Of a stretch of 64,000 nt of DNA, positions 52,880 to 61,810 are shown one piece after another (positions within the stretch are counted from its first letter, which is position 1; each line of letters opens with the position of its first letter). The DNA comes from an uncultured Candidatus Binatia bacterium. GTDB taxonomy: Bacteria > Desulfobacterota > Binatia > Bin18. The notes beneath the pieces were generated by a model. The model was not told where the DNA came from. It did not search any database and was given only the letters and a program-made list of their open reading frames with translations. A program made the translations under genes and the position numbers. The stretch is from assembly GCA_965200965.1 (NCBI GenBank), contig OZ241744.1, forward strand, positions 1,728,001-1,792,000. The letters run 5' to 3'.

Positions 52880-53584
52880 ATGAAGGCGTGTGTTGTGGCG
52901 GCCAGGAATGTCCACAAAACATTTGCCTGGACGCCAGTGCTGCGCGGCATTTCGTGTACGCTTGGGGCCGGACAGGCGCTCGCCATATTTGGTCCCAACG
53001 GTGCCGGCAAGACGACCTTGCTGCGGGTTCTGGCCAGCCTGATCACGCCCTCGTCGGGCAGCCTGCGCCTGTTCGCCCTGCCGGCCCACGACCCGCGCGT
53101 GCGCAGACGTATCGGCTTTCTGGGCCATGACAGCCTGCTCTACCCCGACCTGAGTCCCGCCGAAAACCTGCGCTTTTATGCCCACGCCTATCGTCTCGAC
53201 AACGCGCCGGCCCGCATCAGGGCCATGCTCAAGTACGTTGGCCTCCAAGACTGGGCCATCACCCCGATTCGGAGCCTGTCGCGCGGCATGGAACAACGCC
53301 TGGCCCTGGCCCGCGCCCTGTTGCACGAGCCGGACCTGCTGCTGCTTGACGAGCCCTACGCCGGCTTAGACCACGAGGCGGCACGGCTGTTCCACACCGC
53401 ACTGCTGGAGGCCAAACAGGCCGGAAAAACAATCGTGTTCAGCAGCCACGATTTTGAACGTGGTCTGGCCCTGTGCAGCCGCGTCCTGATTCTCAACCAG
53501 GGCCGCATCGTCTGGCAGTCCACGGCCGGCCCGCCTTCTGTCGCCGAACTGAGTGCCCGCTACACCGCTCTCACCCGCCAGTAG
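52880..53584 (+). CDS. ccmA: heme ABC exporter ATPase
   Basis: GPNGAGKTT, LSRGMEQR, LLDEP; context. Confidence 0.88.
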   Translation: MKACVVAARNVHKTFAWTPVLRGISCTLGAGQALAIFGPNGAGKTTLLRVLASLITPSSGSLRLFALPAHDPRVRRRIGFLGHDSLLYPDLSPAENLRFYAHAYRLDNAPARIRAMLKYVGLQDWAITPIRSLSRGMEQRLALARALLHEPDLLLLDEPYAGLDHEAARLFHTALLEAKQAGKTIVFSSHDFERGLALCSRVLILNQGRIVWQSTAGPPSVAELSARYTALTRQ

Positions 53585-53609
53585 GCGCATGGCAGCCGGG
53601 ACTGAGTGC

Positions 53610-54263
53610 ATGTGGGCGATTGTGTGGAAGGATATCCGGCTTGAACTACGGACCAAAGAGCGGCTGGCCTCGTTCTTTGTGCTGGCGATCCTGATCGTGC
53701 TGGCGTGGGTCTTCGCCCTCGGTCCAGAGCGGGTGCGCAATCCACAGGTCGGCGCGGCGGTGTTGTGGGTCGGTCTGCTGTTTGCCGGCATGTTGAGCCT
53801 GCGACAGACCTTTCTGATTGAACAGGAGCGGGGCTGTCTGTCCGGCCTGCTGCTGTGCCCGCTTGAGCCGAGCGACATCTTTGTGGCCAAGTTGATCGGC
53901 AACATCGTTTTTCTGTCACTGGTCGAGGTGATTGTCGTACCGCTCACCATCGTGTTCTGCGGCCTGCCGGTGTCGTGGTCTTTGCTCGGCCTGCCGCTTC
54001 TCATCCTGCTCGGCATCATTGGCTTTTCGGCCCTGGGGACGCTGTTCGCCGCCCTGGCCGTGCGCACCCGAGCCGGTGAGGTCCTCTTTCCCCTGGTAGT
54101 ATTGCCGCTCCTAGTCCCCCTGCTGCTGTCCGCGGTCCAAGCCACCGGCGCGCTGCTGAGCGGAGGAGACTGGACCGGGATGTGGCTGCGGGTCCTGGTC
54201 GCTTGCGATGTCGTCTTTGTGGTGGCCGGCTGGCTGCTGTTTGGTCAGACGGTGAAGGAGTGA
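53610..54263 (+). CDS. ccmB: heme exporter permease
   Basis: KDIRLELRTKE, EQERGCLSGLLLCP, LFPLVVLPLLVP. Confidence 0.9.
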   Translation: MWAIVWKDIRLELRTKERLASFFVLAILIVLAWVFALGPERVRNPQVGAAVLWVGLLFAGMLSLRQTFLIEQERGCLSGLLLCPLEPSDIFVAKLIGNIVFLSLVEVIVVPLTIVFCGLPVSWSLLGLPLLILLGIIGFSALGTLFAALAVRTRAGEVLFPLVVLPLLVPLLLSAVQATGALLSGGDWTGMWLRVLVACDVVFVVAGWLLFGQTVKE

Positions 54264-54297
54264 ACGTCTCGCCTTCCTTTCGATCTGACGAAACGTT
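54258..54297. repeat. hairpin family H, copy F (reverse), overlapping the ccmB stop
   Basis: gagtgaacgtctc-gccttcctttcgatctgac-gaaacgtt. Confidence 0.65.
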
Positions 54298-54319
54298 TTC
54301 ATGAATGAGAGAAACCGAC

Positions 54320-55000
54320 ATGAAAAAACTCGCACCCTTTGCCGAGACTGTCCTGCCCTGGCTGAGTTGTGTGGCCATGCTGGCCGCCCTGGGCATGATT
54401 TTTGTATACGTCCCCACCGAGAGAAACCTGGGAGTCGTGCAACGCATTTTCTATTATCACCTGCCGGCAGCCTGGAATGCGTTTGCCGGCTTTGTCATCG
54501 TGGCCGGGGCAAGCGTCTCGTTTCTGTGGAAGGGCGAGCGCAGGGCCGACCTGCTCGCCCGGGCCGCGGCCGAGGTCGGCATGGTGTTTTGCACCCTGTT
54601 CATCGTCACCGGCTCGGTCTGGGCCAAAGCCAGCTGGGGCGTGTGGTGGACCTGGGACCCCCGGCTGACGATGACACTCGTCCTGTGGGTCGTGTATGCT
54701 GCCTATGTGCTGCTGCGCCAAGTTGGCGGCGACACCGAACACATCGCCCGTTACGCCGCGGTGCTGGGCCTCGTCGGGGTCGTGAACATCCCGCTGATCT
54801 ACATCTCCATCCGTCTGTGGCGGGGCATTCATCCCAGGGTCGAAAGCATGGCCCCGTCAATGGCCTGGACCCTGCTGGTGTGCAGCGGGGCTTTTGTGGT
54901 GTTGTTCGCCTGGCTCCTGTGGTTACGCCTGCGCAGCCTGCACCTGACCGCCGAGCTAGGGGCGTTGCGGCGTCAGGCGTGGCAGGTCTGGGAGAGGTAA
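54320..55000 (+). CDS. ccmC: heme exporter protein CcmC
   Basis: QRIFYYHLP, TGSVWAKASWGVWWTWDPRLT, RGIHP. Confidence 0.95.
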   Translation: MKKLAPFAETVLPWLSCVAMLAALGMIFVYVPTERNLGVVQRIFYYHLPAAWNAFAGFVIVAGASVSFLWKGERRADLLARAAAEVGMVFCTLFIVTGSVWAKASWGVWWTWDPRLTMTLVLWVVYAAYVLLRQVGGDTEHIARYAAVLGLVGVVNIPLIYISIRLWRGIHPRVESMAPSMAWTLLVCSGAFVVLFAWLLWLRLRSLHLTAELGALRRQAWQVWER

Positions 55001-55004
55001 GGCT

Positions 55005-55148
55005 ATGTGGTATCTGTTCGGCGCGTTCAGCGCCTTCTGGTTGATCGTGTTTGGCTACATGCTGTCGGTGTCCCGCAAGCAGGCCCGGCTGGCCCAAGAG
55101 CTGGAGACCCTGCGCAAGACCCTGGAGGACAGGGAGCCTCGCGGCTGA
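55005..55148 (+). CDS. ccmD: CcmD-family small membrane protein (47 aa; absent from the ORF track)
   Basis: MWYLFGAFSAFWLIVFGYMLSVSRKQARLAQELETLRKTLEDREPRG*, immediately after ccmC. Confidence 0.8.
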   Translation: MWYLFGAFSAFWLIVFGYMLSVSRKQARLAQELETLRKTLEDREPRG

Positions 55149-55194
55149 TCCTCGCGCCTTGATCATTTCAACCACAGGTGATATTGGACCCGGA

Positions 55195-57804
55195 ATGCAG
55201 GAGAATATCCGAGAAGCATTGAACGCACTGGTTGCCAGTGGCGATCTCTCGCTCATTGAGCGGATTGAGCTACCGGCCCGTGAAGAACGGCGATTGCCAA
55301 TCCCAGAGGCTTTTCGACGCGGCGCGCCGGGCAACTTCCTGGCAACTGTTGAGACAACGGGCACGGGCCTGTGGCGACATCAATCTCTGGCGCTTGAACA
55401 TGTCGCAGCGGGGAAAAATGTCGTGGTGTCAACTGGAACAGCGTCGGGCAAATCGCTTGTCTTCCAGGCTGCCAGTTTACGCCTCCTCACTGAAGAGCCC
55501 GAGGCGAGGATTGTGGTCTTCTATCCACTCAAGGCGCTGGCCGCTGATCAGATGCGCTCATGGCAGCGGGCAATTGAGAAGACCGACTTAGCGGAAGGGA
55601 CGGTCGGGATGATCCACGGCGGGGTGCGGCCAGACGAGCGAGACAGAATTATAGATAGGGCGCGCATCGTTCTCATGACGCCGGATGTCTGCCACGCTTG
55701 GTTCATGCGTCAAGTCTCAACCAAAAGTATCCGCCGGTTCCTCTCTCATTTGCAACTCGTGGTGCTTGACGAAGCACACGTTCTTGAGGCCGTATTCGGC
55801 AGTAACGTTGCCTATCTTCTGCGACGTATGCAGGCTGCCCGCGCAATCGTTGTGCGGAACCGGAAGACGCTACCGCTGCAAATCATTGCGGCCAGCGCCA
55901 CGATTGCCAACCCCGGTGAGCACCTCACGTTGCTCACCGGGGTTCCCTTCGTTTTGGTGGACGAATCAGACAACGGTTCGTCCACTTATGAGCGTAGCCT
56001 GCTGCATATTTCCATGCCCGATGTCTCCTATAATGTCGTCAGCGATCTCCTGAGTTCGCTCCTCAAGACCTCAAATCAGGAGGGCAGCTTCATTGCGTTC
56101 GCTGATTCACGCCAGGGAGTTGAAAAAATTGTTGACCCTCTGGCCCATGACGGAGTGCGCCCCTATCGAGCTGGCTATGAAGAAAAGGACCGGGCGGATA
56201 TTGAGCGGGCGCTACAAAACGGCGAGCTTCTAGGGGTGGTGTCCACATCGGCACTTGAGCTCGGCATCAACATCCCGCATTTTTCTACGGGTTTGAACGT
56301 AGACGTACCGAATTCTCGGAAAGCGTTTCGTCAACGGGTTGGACGGATTGGACGATCGCAGCCGGGCGTATTCGCCGTGCTTGCGGCCCCGCAAGCCTTC
56401 CAGCGTCACGGCAGCACCTTCAGGGATTATTGGCAGGGGTCAGTCGAACCGTCACATTTATACCTCGAAAACCGCTTCATGCAGTTCATGCACGCGCGAT
56501 GCCTCTCTGATGAACTAGATGCCTTAGGAGTGCGGAAGACACGCCCACCCGCCAGCGTGACTTGGCCTGACGGCTTCTCCAAGGTCTACGATTTCGCTCG
56601 CCCGGGCGGCGCGCGGCCCCGAGAGTTTGATCCGATCGCTCAGATCGGAGGGAACGATCCACATCTGAATTACCCGCTCAGGAACGTTGGAGAAATCAGC
56701 TTTAAGCTACAGGGCGTACAGAGTATGCCTGGTGGTGACGGAATTGGCTCCATCACGCTGCCGCAGGCTATCCGCGAGGCATACCCCGGTGGGGTCTATC
56801 TTCATCTTGCGCGCCGCTATCGTGTCGTCGAGTGGAAGAACTCTGCTTTCGAACGTTTCATCCGGCTTGCTAAAACGAATGCCACCTATTCCCGCCCTCT
56901 GCTGCAAACATATGTGAATGCTGCCGTTGAGGACCGGGGCATTATCGCTGGGCATTACAAGAAATGTGAGGCGGGTTTCCTGTATGAGTGCGAGCTCCAA
57001 GTGACCGAACGTGTGATCGGGTACAGCCAGGGCAACACCAACCACCTCTACAAGGACCTTCGCCAGGAAAACCCCAGACTGACGGCAAAGACTCGTGATT
57101 TCCGAACCACCGGGGTCGTTCTGCGAATTGCTCAGCCTTGGGTTCGTGAGCAGGGGCTGAAGGTACAGATTGCGACCGCGCTCAAGGACGCAGTCCTCAG
57201 AGAGTACAGCGTCTCGCCACAGGACATTGACTGTGTAGCAACGCACATCGCATTGGTGCGGAGTGGCATGCGTGAAGCCATCAGCGATGCAATCGTCATC
57301 TACGACGGCACATACGGCAGCCTGCGACTGACGGAGCCTATTTTCACAGACCTTGGACGCCTGATTGAACGATTTGAACATGCGGCCGCGCTGACCGAAG
57401 ATGATCGAGACGCGCCTCTGCCAAAAGATGTCGTGAGAAACTTGAGGGAATGGTGGGAAGAATTGTCCGATACCGCCATCCCGTCTGTTGACGGCAATGT
57501 TATCCCAGATGGATTCATTCAGGTGCTGAAGCGCGGCAGTCGCGTTTCAATGCACGATGCAAAAGGCGTTCTTCACGACATCGAGATTCTTGCTCCAGAA
57601 ATGTTTGATCCTCAGTCCCTTGGTTATCAGGGGCCCATCACACTCGTTTATCAATACCGTCCCGACGGCTCTCCGTCGGGCAACAACTCCATGAAAGTCG
57701 CCTCCGACAAGGTAGTGCCTACAGGCGGCGAGTGGAGTTGGGTCTTGTGGTCGCCGACGACGGGAGAATTCAAGGAAGAATCCGAGGCAGACGATCAAAC
57801 CTGA
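55195..57804 (+). CDS. DEAH-box SF2 helicase, Hrq1/MrfA(YprA)-like, with degenerate DUF1998-type C-terminus
   Basis: TGTASGKS, YPLKALAADQ, DEAH, SAT, TSALELGINI, QRVGRIGR, IYDGTYGS; AT-richer than flanks. Confidence 0.88.
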   Translation: MQENIREALNALVASGDLSLIERIELPAREERRLPIPEAFRRGAPGNFLATVETTGTGLWRHQSLALEHVAAGKNVVVSTGTASGKSLVFQAASLRLLTEEPEARIVVFYPLKALAADQMRSWQRAIEKTDLAEGTVGMIHGGVRPDERDRIIDRARIVLMTPDVCHAWFMRQVSTKSIRRFLSHLQLVVLDEAHVLEAVFGSNVAYLLRRMQAARAIVVRNRKTLPLQIIAASATIANPGEHLTLLTGVPFVLVDESDNGSSTYERSLLHISMPDVSYNVVSDLLSSLLKTSNQEGSFIAFADSRQGVEKIVDPLAHDGVRPYRAGYEEKDRADIERALQNGELLGVVSTSALELGINIPHFSTGLNVDVPNSRKAFRQRVGRIGRSQPGVFAVLAAPQAFQRHGSTFRDYWQGSVEPSHLYLENRFMQFMHARCLSDELDALGVRKTRPPASVTWPDGFSKVYDFARPGGARPREFDPIAQIGGNDPHLNYPLRNVGEISFKLQGVQSMPGGDGIGSITLPQAIREAYPGGVYLHLARRYRVVEWKNSAFERFIRLAKTNATYSRPLLQTYVNAAVEDRGIIAGHYKKCEAGFLYECELQVTERVIGYSQGNTNHLYKDLRQENPRLTAKTRDFRTTGVVLRIAQPWVREQGLKVQIATALKDAVLREYSVSPQDIDCVATHIALVRSGMREAISDAIVIYDGTYGSLRLTEPIFTDLGRLIERFEHAAALTEDDRDAPLPKDVVRNLREWWEELSDTAIPSVDGNVIPDGFIQVLKRGSRVSMHDAKGVLHDIEILAPEMFDPQSLGYQGPITLVYQYRPDGSPSGNNSMKVASDKVVPTGGEWSWVLWSPTTGEFKEESEADDQT

Positions 57805-58039
57805 CGGAACGAAATTTCAGAAAAGCGTCATATCCATGTTGAAGAGCACCCGTTCGGCGTAGCGGATGGTAATGCACTGCCGCCGTAACAGAATCATCCA
57901 GGGAAAGCGCCTGCCAGCCAACAAGTCGGCGGATTTCCCCCTTTCCGGTCTGGAGGCGCTCGCAATAATGGATTTCCGTACAGACTCATAGATTTGATCT
58001 GGGGGAATTTTCATGCGGCTTTCGTGAACCGGGACGGCG

Positions 58040-59404
58040 CTATGTGCCTGCCAGCTCGTGCCGCGCCTCCTCTACTATCCCTTCAACAAGGGCGCGATAC
58101 TCGCTTAGCCTGGCCTTGGTCGTGGCCTCAAAGCGCAGGACCAGAACCGGCTGGGTGTTGGACGCCCGGACCAAGCCCCAGCCGTGGTCAAATGTGACCC
58201 GCACGCCGTCAATATCCGTGATGGTATGGCTGGCGCGCAAACGCTGACAGACCCTGGCGGCAAGGGCGAACTTCAGCTCATCCGGGCAGGCCAGCCGGAT
58301 TTCGGGCGTGTTCACACGCGAGGGCAGCTCGGCCAGCAGTCGCTCCAGGCTGGATTTGCTCAGCAGTTCCAGCAGCCGGCACGATGCATAGATCGCGTCG
58401 TCATAGCCGAAATAGCGGTCGGCAAAAAACAGGTGGCCGCTCAGTTCCCCACCCAGCAGCGCCCCGGTCTGACGCATCTTGGCTTTGAGCAGGGCATGGC
58501 CGGCCTTCCACATCACGGGCCGTCCGCCCCGGGCCGCCACCTCGTCAAACAGGGCTTGGGAGCACTTGACCTCAGACACAATCACCGCTCCGGGGTGGCT
58601 GGCCAGAATGTCACGGGCGAACAGGATCAGCAGCTCGTCGCCCCAGATAATGCGCCCGGTCGGCCCGACCACGCCCAGGCGGTCGGCGTCCCCGTCGTAG
58701 GCCAGGCCGACCTCAGCCCCAGCCTCTTTGACCGCGCCGATCAACTGGGCCAGGTTTTCGGGCACAGTCGGGTCAGGGTGATGGTTGGGAAAATGGCCGT
58801 CCAGCTCACAAAACAACTCTGTCACCCGACAGCCCAGGTCCCGCAGGATCGGCGGCACAAGCGGTCCGGCGGTTGCATTGCCGGCGTCAACCACGACCGA
58901 CACCTCGCGTTCCAGACGCCCAAACTGCCGGCTTAGAAACGCCTGGTAGGGCCTGATGATCGCGGTCGGGACCTGTCGCCCCCGGCCCGAAAGGTGCGCG
59001 CGATCAATCAAAGACCGCAAGTGCTGGATATCCGGGCCGTGCAGCGTGGTCTTGCCGAGACAGATTTTGAAGCCGTTGTGGTCGGCCGGGTTATGGCTGC
59101 CGGTGACCTGAATCCCTCCGTCCAGATCGTAATGGTGCAGCGAGAAATACAGCAGCGGGGTCGGACACACCCCGATATCCAACACCTCAAGCCCGGTTGC
59201 GCACAGGCCGTCCCGCAGGGCCGCGGCATAGGGCTCGGAGCTGAGCCGACAGTCCCGGCCAACCGCAACCCGCGACTTACCCTGCCGCACGAGGAGGCTG
59301 CCATAGGCCCGGCCGAGCACAAACGCAAAGTCGGCGTCAAAGTCCTGCTCAGCTACGCCCCGAATATCGTACTCGCGGAAAATAGCCGGGTTGACAGGCT
59401 TCAT
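58040..59404 (-). CDS. phosphomannomutase/phosphoglucomutase (AlgC-like)
   Basis: IFREYDIRG, TGSHNP, DGDADR, GELSGH, VRASNTQP. Confidence 0.95.
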   Translation of the reverse strand: MKPVNPAIFREYDIRGVAEQDFDADFAFVLGRAYGSLLVRQGKSRVAVGRDCRLSSEPYAAALRDGLCATGLEVLDIGVCPTPLLYFSLHHYDLDGGIQVTGSHNPADHNGFKICLGKTTLHGPDIQHLRSLIDRAHLSGRGRQVPTAIIRPYQAFLSRQFGRLEREVSVVVDAGNATAGPLVPPILRDLGCRVTELFCELDGHFPNHHPDPTVPENLAQLIGAVKEAGAEVGLAYDGDADRLGVVGPTGRIIWGDELLILFARDILASHPGAVIVSEVKCSQALFDEVAARGGRPVMWKAGHALLKAKMRQTGALLGGELSGHLFFADRYFGYDDAIYASCRLLELLSKSSLERLLAELPSRVNTPEIRLACPDELKFALAARVCQRLRASHTITDIDGVRVTFDHGWGLVRASNTQPVLVLRFEATTKARLSEYRALVEGIVEEARHELAGT

Positions 59405-60405
59405 AGCGTCTCCGTCGGTCCGATCATGCGGCCGGCCAGCCGCAGGGCGGCCTGCATACTGCGTGGGTCGGCCGTGCCGCGCCCGGCAATATCAAAGGCG
59501 GTACCGTGGTCGGGCGAGGTGCGGACGATCGGCAGGCCGATGGTGACGTTCACCCCGTCGGTCCACGACAGCAGTTTGAGCGGGATCAGACCCTGATCGT
59601 GGTAGAGACAGATCACGGCGTCAAACTCGCCGCCGGCCGCCCGGACAAATACCGAATCGGCCGGCAGGGGACCGACCACCACCAGACCCAGCTCGCCGGC
59701 GTGGCGAACCGCGGGGCGTATCAGACGGTCTTCCTCGTCACCAAACAGGCCACCCTCGCCGGCGTGGGGGTTCAGCCCGGCCACCGCCAGGCGCGGCTGA
59801 TTCAGGCCGTGAAAGCGGGCCAAGTGGCGGGCGGTGAGGACCAGCGTACTCAGAATGCGGCGGCTGGACAGGGCGGCAACCACCTGCATGAACGGAATAT
59901 GGGTCGTGACCAGCACAACCCGCAGACGGCTGCCGACCAGCATCATGCGCACATCCGGGCTGTGGGTGAGGCTGGCCAGGAGTTCGGTATGGCCGGGATA
60001 GTCGCGCTTGGCCGCCCGCCACATGACCTTGCTGATCGGGGCTGTCACCAGCGCCTCAATGGCTTTGTCGCGTGCCAGGCGCACCCCGGCCTCAACATAG
60101 CGATACGATGCCTCGCCGCCGGCCACGGTCGGTCGGCCGGGAACTCGCTGCTGGGCCGGGAGCTGGGAGAAGGGGATGACTGGCAACACGCCGGGGTCTG
60201 GGGGATATGGTTGGGCCGCCACCCAAGGGAGCACGCTGAGCGGCAGGCCAAGGCGGCGGGCGGTTTCTGCCAGAACGACCGGATCGCCTAAGACGACAAG
60301 ACGCGGCCCGGGGGTCTGGGCCGACTTGAGCACAATCTCAGGCCCGATCCCGGCCGGGTCGCCCATGGTGACGCCGATGAGCCGCGGGGCGGATTGTCCG
60401 TGCAT
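59401..60405 (-). CDS. pdxA: 4-hydroxythreonine-4-phosphate dehydrogenase
   Basis: GDPAGIGPE, PGHTE, LNPHAGE, YHDQGLIP, RTSPDHGTAFDIAG. Confidence 0.96.
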   Translation of the reverse strand: MHGQSAPRLIGVTMGDPAGIGPEIVLKSAQTPGPRLVVLGDPVVLAETARRLGLPLSVLPWVAAQPYPPDPGVLPVIPFSQLPAQQRVPGRPTVAGGEASYRYVEAGVRLARDKAIEALVTAPISKVMWRAAKRDYPGHTELLASLTHSPDVRMMLVGSRLRVVLVTTHIPFMQVVAALSSRRILSTLVLTARHLARFHGLNQPRLAVAGLNPHAGEGGLFGDEEDRLIRPAVRHAGELGLVVVGPLPADSVFVRAAGGEFDAVICLYHDQGLIPLKLLSWTDGVNVTIGLPIVRTSPDHGTAFDIAGRGTADPRSMQAALRLAGRMIGPTETL

Positions 60406-60512
60406 GCGCTCAAGCCTCGCGCCCGGAGAGACAAAGCACCAAAACCACGGCAGACTCAAGTCTCCGTCTGCTCCCCCGCCAGCGTGTTCAGCCGGGTCGG
60501 CGCGGCCAGAGC

Positions 60513-61748
60513 TTATTCAGCCTCCTCGTCTCTGTCCTCCTCATCCGCAAACAGACGGCTGAAGAAGCCCTCTTCTTGGGGCTGCTGGTCCTGGTCACCA
60601 AGCGCAGCGAGTTCGTCGTCCTCTTCCTCATCCGCAAACAGACGGCTGAAGAAGCCTCGTGCTGGGGGCTGGTCCTGGCCGGCGGGCGCGTTCGGCTCGG
60701 CCATGTCCTGACCCTCGGCGTAGTCGGCCGCTTCGTCCAGGGGATCTTCCTCGGCCCCTTGGGCGCGCTGCGCACCCGTGTAGGGCGCGCCTTCCGGGTC
60801 GGTGAGAAAATCCTCAATATGATGACGGAAGCGCAGCTCGTCCTGGAACCAGCGTCGATAGCGCTTGCTCAACTCTGTATTGTAGAGCTGGGAGCGGATC
60901 CCTTCCTGGACCTCGGCGAGAGGCTTCACCCCGGCGATATCGCGTTCTTCGACCTTGATCAGATGGACCCCGGTTGAAGTCTCAAAAGGCGGGCTTATCT
61001 CCCCCTCTGGGATCGAAAAGGCCATCTCTTCAATGGCGGGGTCCATCTGGCCGCGCTCAAAAAATCCGAGATCGCCGCCCTGGTCCGCGCCCGGCCCAAG
61101 AGAGTAGGTCAAGGCCAGGGTCGCAAAGTCCTCGCCCCGGTTTGCCCGGTCGTGCAGCGTCTCGAGCAAGGTTGTCATTTTCAGCATCTCGCCCGGGTCG
61201 GCACCGGGCGACACAGGCAGGAAAATATGCCGAATACGGACTTGGTCGGGGATGGCGTAGTCGTCCTGGTGGGCCTGGTAATAACGCTGGACAGCCTCGT
61301 TGGTAATACTGATCCGGGAGCTGACCTCTTTATTCATCAACAGCGCCTGCTCAATTTCCTGGGCGATCTGTTTGCGGTACTGCTCTATGGTCAAGCCTTG
61401 ATCGGCCAGGGCCGCGGCGAGCTGTTCATCGTCGAGTTCACCCTGGCTCTTAATCCGTTCGATATAGCTATCGACATCCTCGGCGGTGGCCTTCAGGCCC
61501 TGCGCATCAACCTCATTCTCGATCATTTTGTTCATGAGCAGAGCGTCAAGAAAGTCGCGCCGGGTCATGTCGGCCGCCCCCTGGGGATACATCATGGCCG
61601 CCCGGTTGTTCATCTGGCTACCGAAGGTATCGAGTTCCCGGAGCGTGATCGGCTGCCCGTCAACGGTGGCGACAATACGGTTGAGGGTTTCGGCCTGAGC
61701 GACCGTTGCCATAGCCAGGACGGCAAACACCAAAGCGAGACTCTTCAT
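60513..61748 (-). CDS. surA: SurA-like periplasmic chaperone/parvulin PPIase with acidic tail
   Basis: Signal peptide, NRIVATVDGQPIT, VRIRHI, GGDLGFF, GVHLIKV; mfd-surA-pdxA synteny. Confidence 0.82.
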   Translation of the reverse strand: MKSLALVFAVLAMATVAQAETLNRIVATVDGQPITLRELDTFGSQMNNRAAMMYPQGAADMTRRDFLDALLMNKMIENEVDAQGLKATAEDVDSYIERIKSQGELDDEQLAAALADQGLTIEQYRKQIAQEIEQALLMNKEVSSRISITNEAVQRYYQAHQDDYAIPDQVRIRHIFLPVSPGADPGEMLKMTTLLETLHDRANRGEDFATLALTYSLGPGADQGGDLGFFERGQMDPAIEEMAFSIPEGEISPPFETSTGVHLIKVEERDIAGVKPLAEVQEGIRSQLYNTELSKRYRRWFQDELRFRHHIEDFLTDPEGAPYTGAQRAQGAEEDPLDEAADYAEGQDMAEPNAPAGQDQPPARGFFSRLFADEEEDDELAALGDQDQQPQEEGFFSRLFADEEDRDEEAE

Positions 61749-61810
61749 GCTTGTCTCCCACAGGAGAGCGCTCAGCGTTCTCCTTGACTGGGGGGCCTGC
61801 GGCTTGCAGG

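Noticed and set aside
55051-55194. N-terminal extension of the helicase ORF
   Set aside because: Overlaps ccmD in another frame; ATG 55195 is the more plausible start.
57817-58014. 65-aa ORF next to the helicase
   Set aside because: No recognisable motif or clear RBS; cannot be supported as a gene, possibly a relic.
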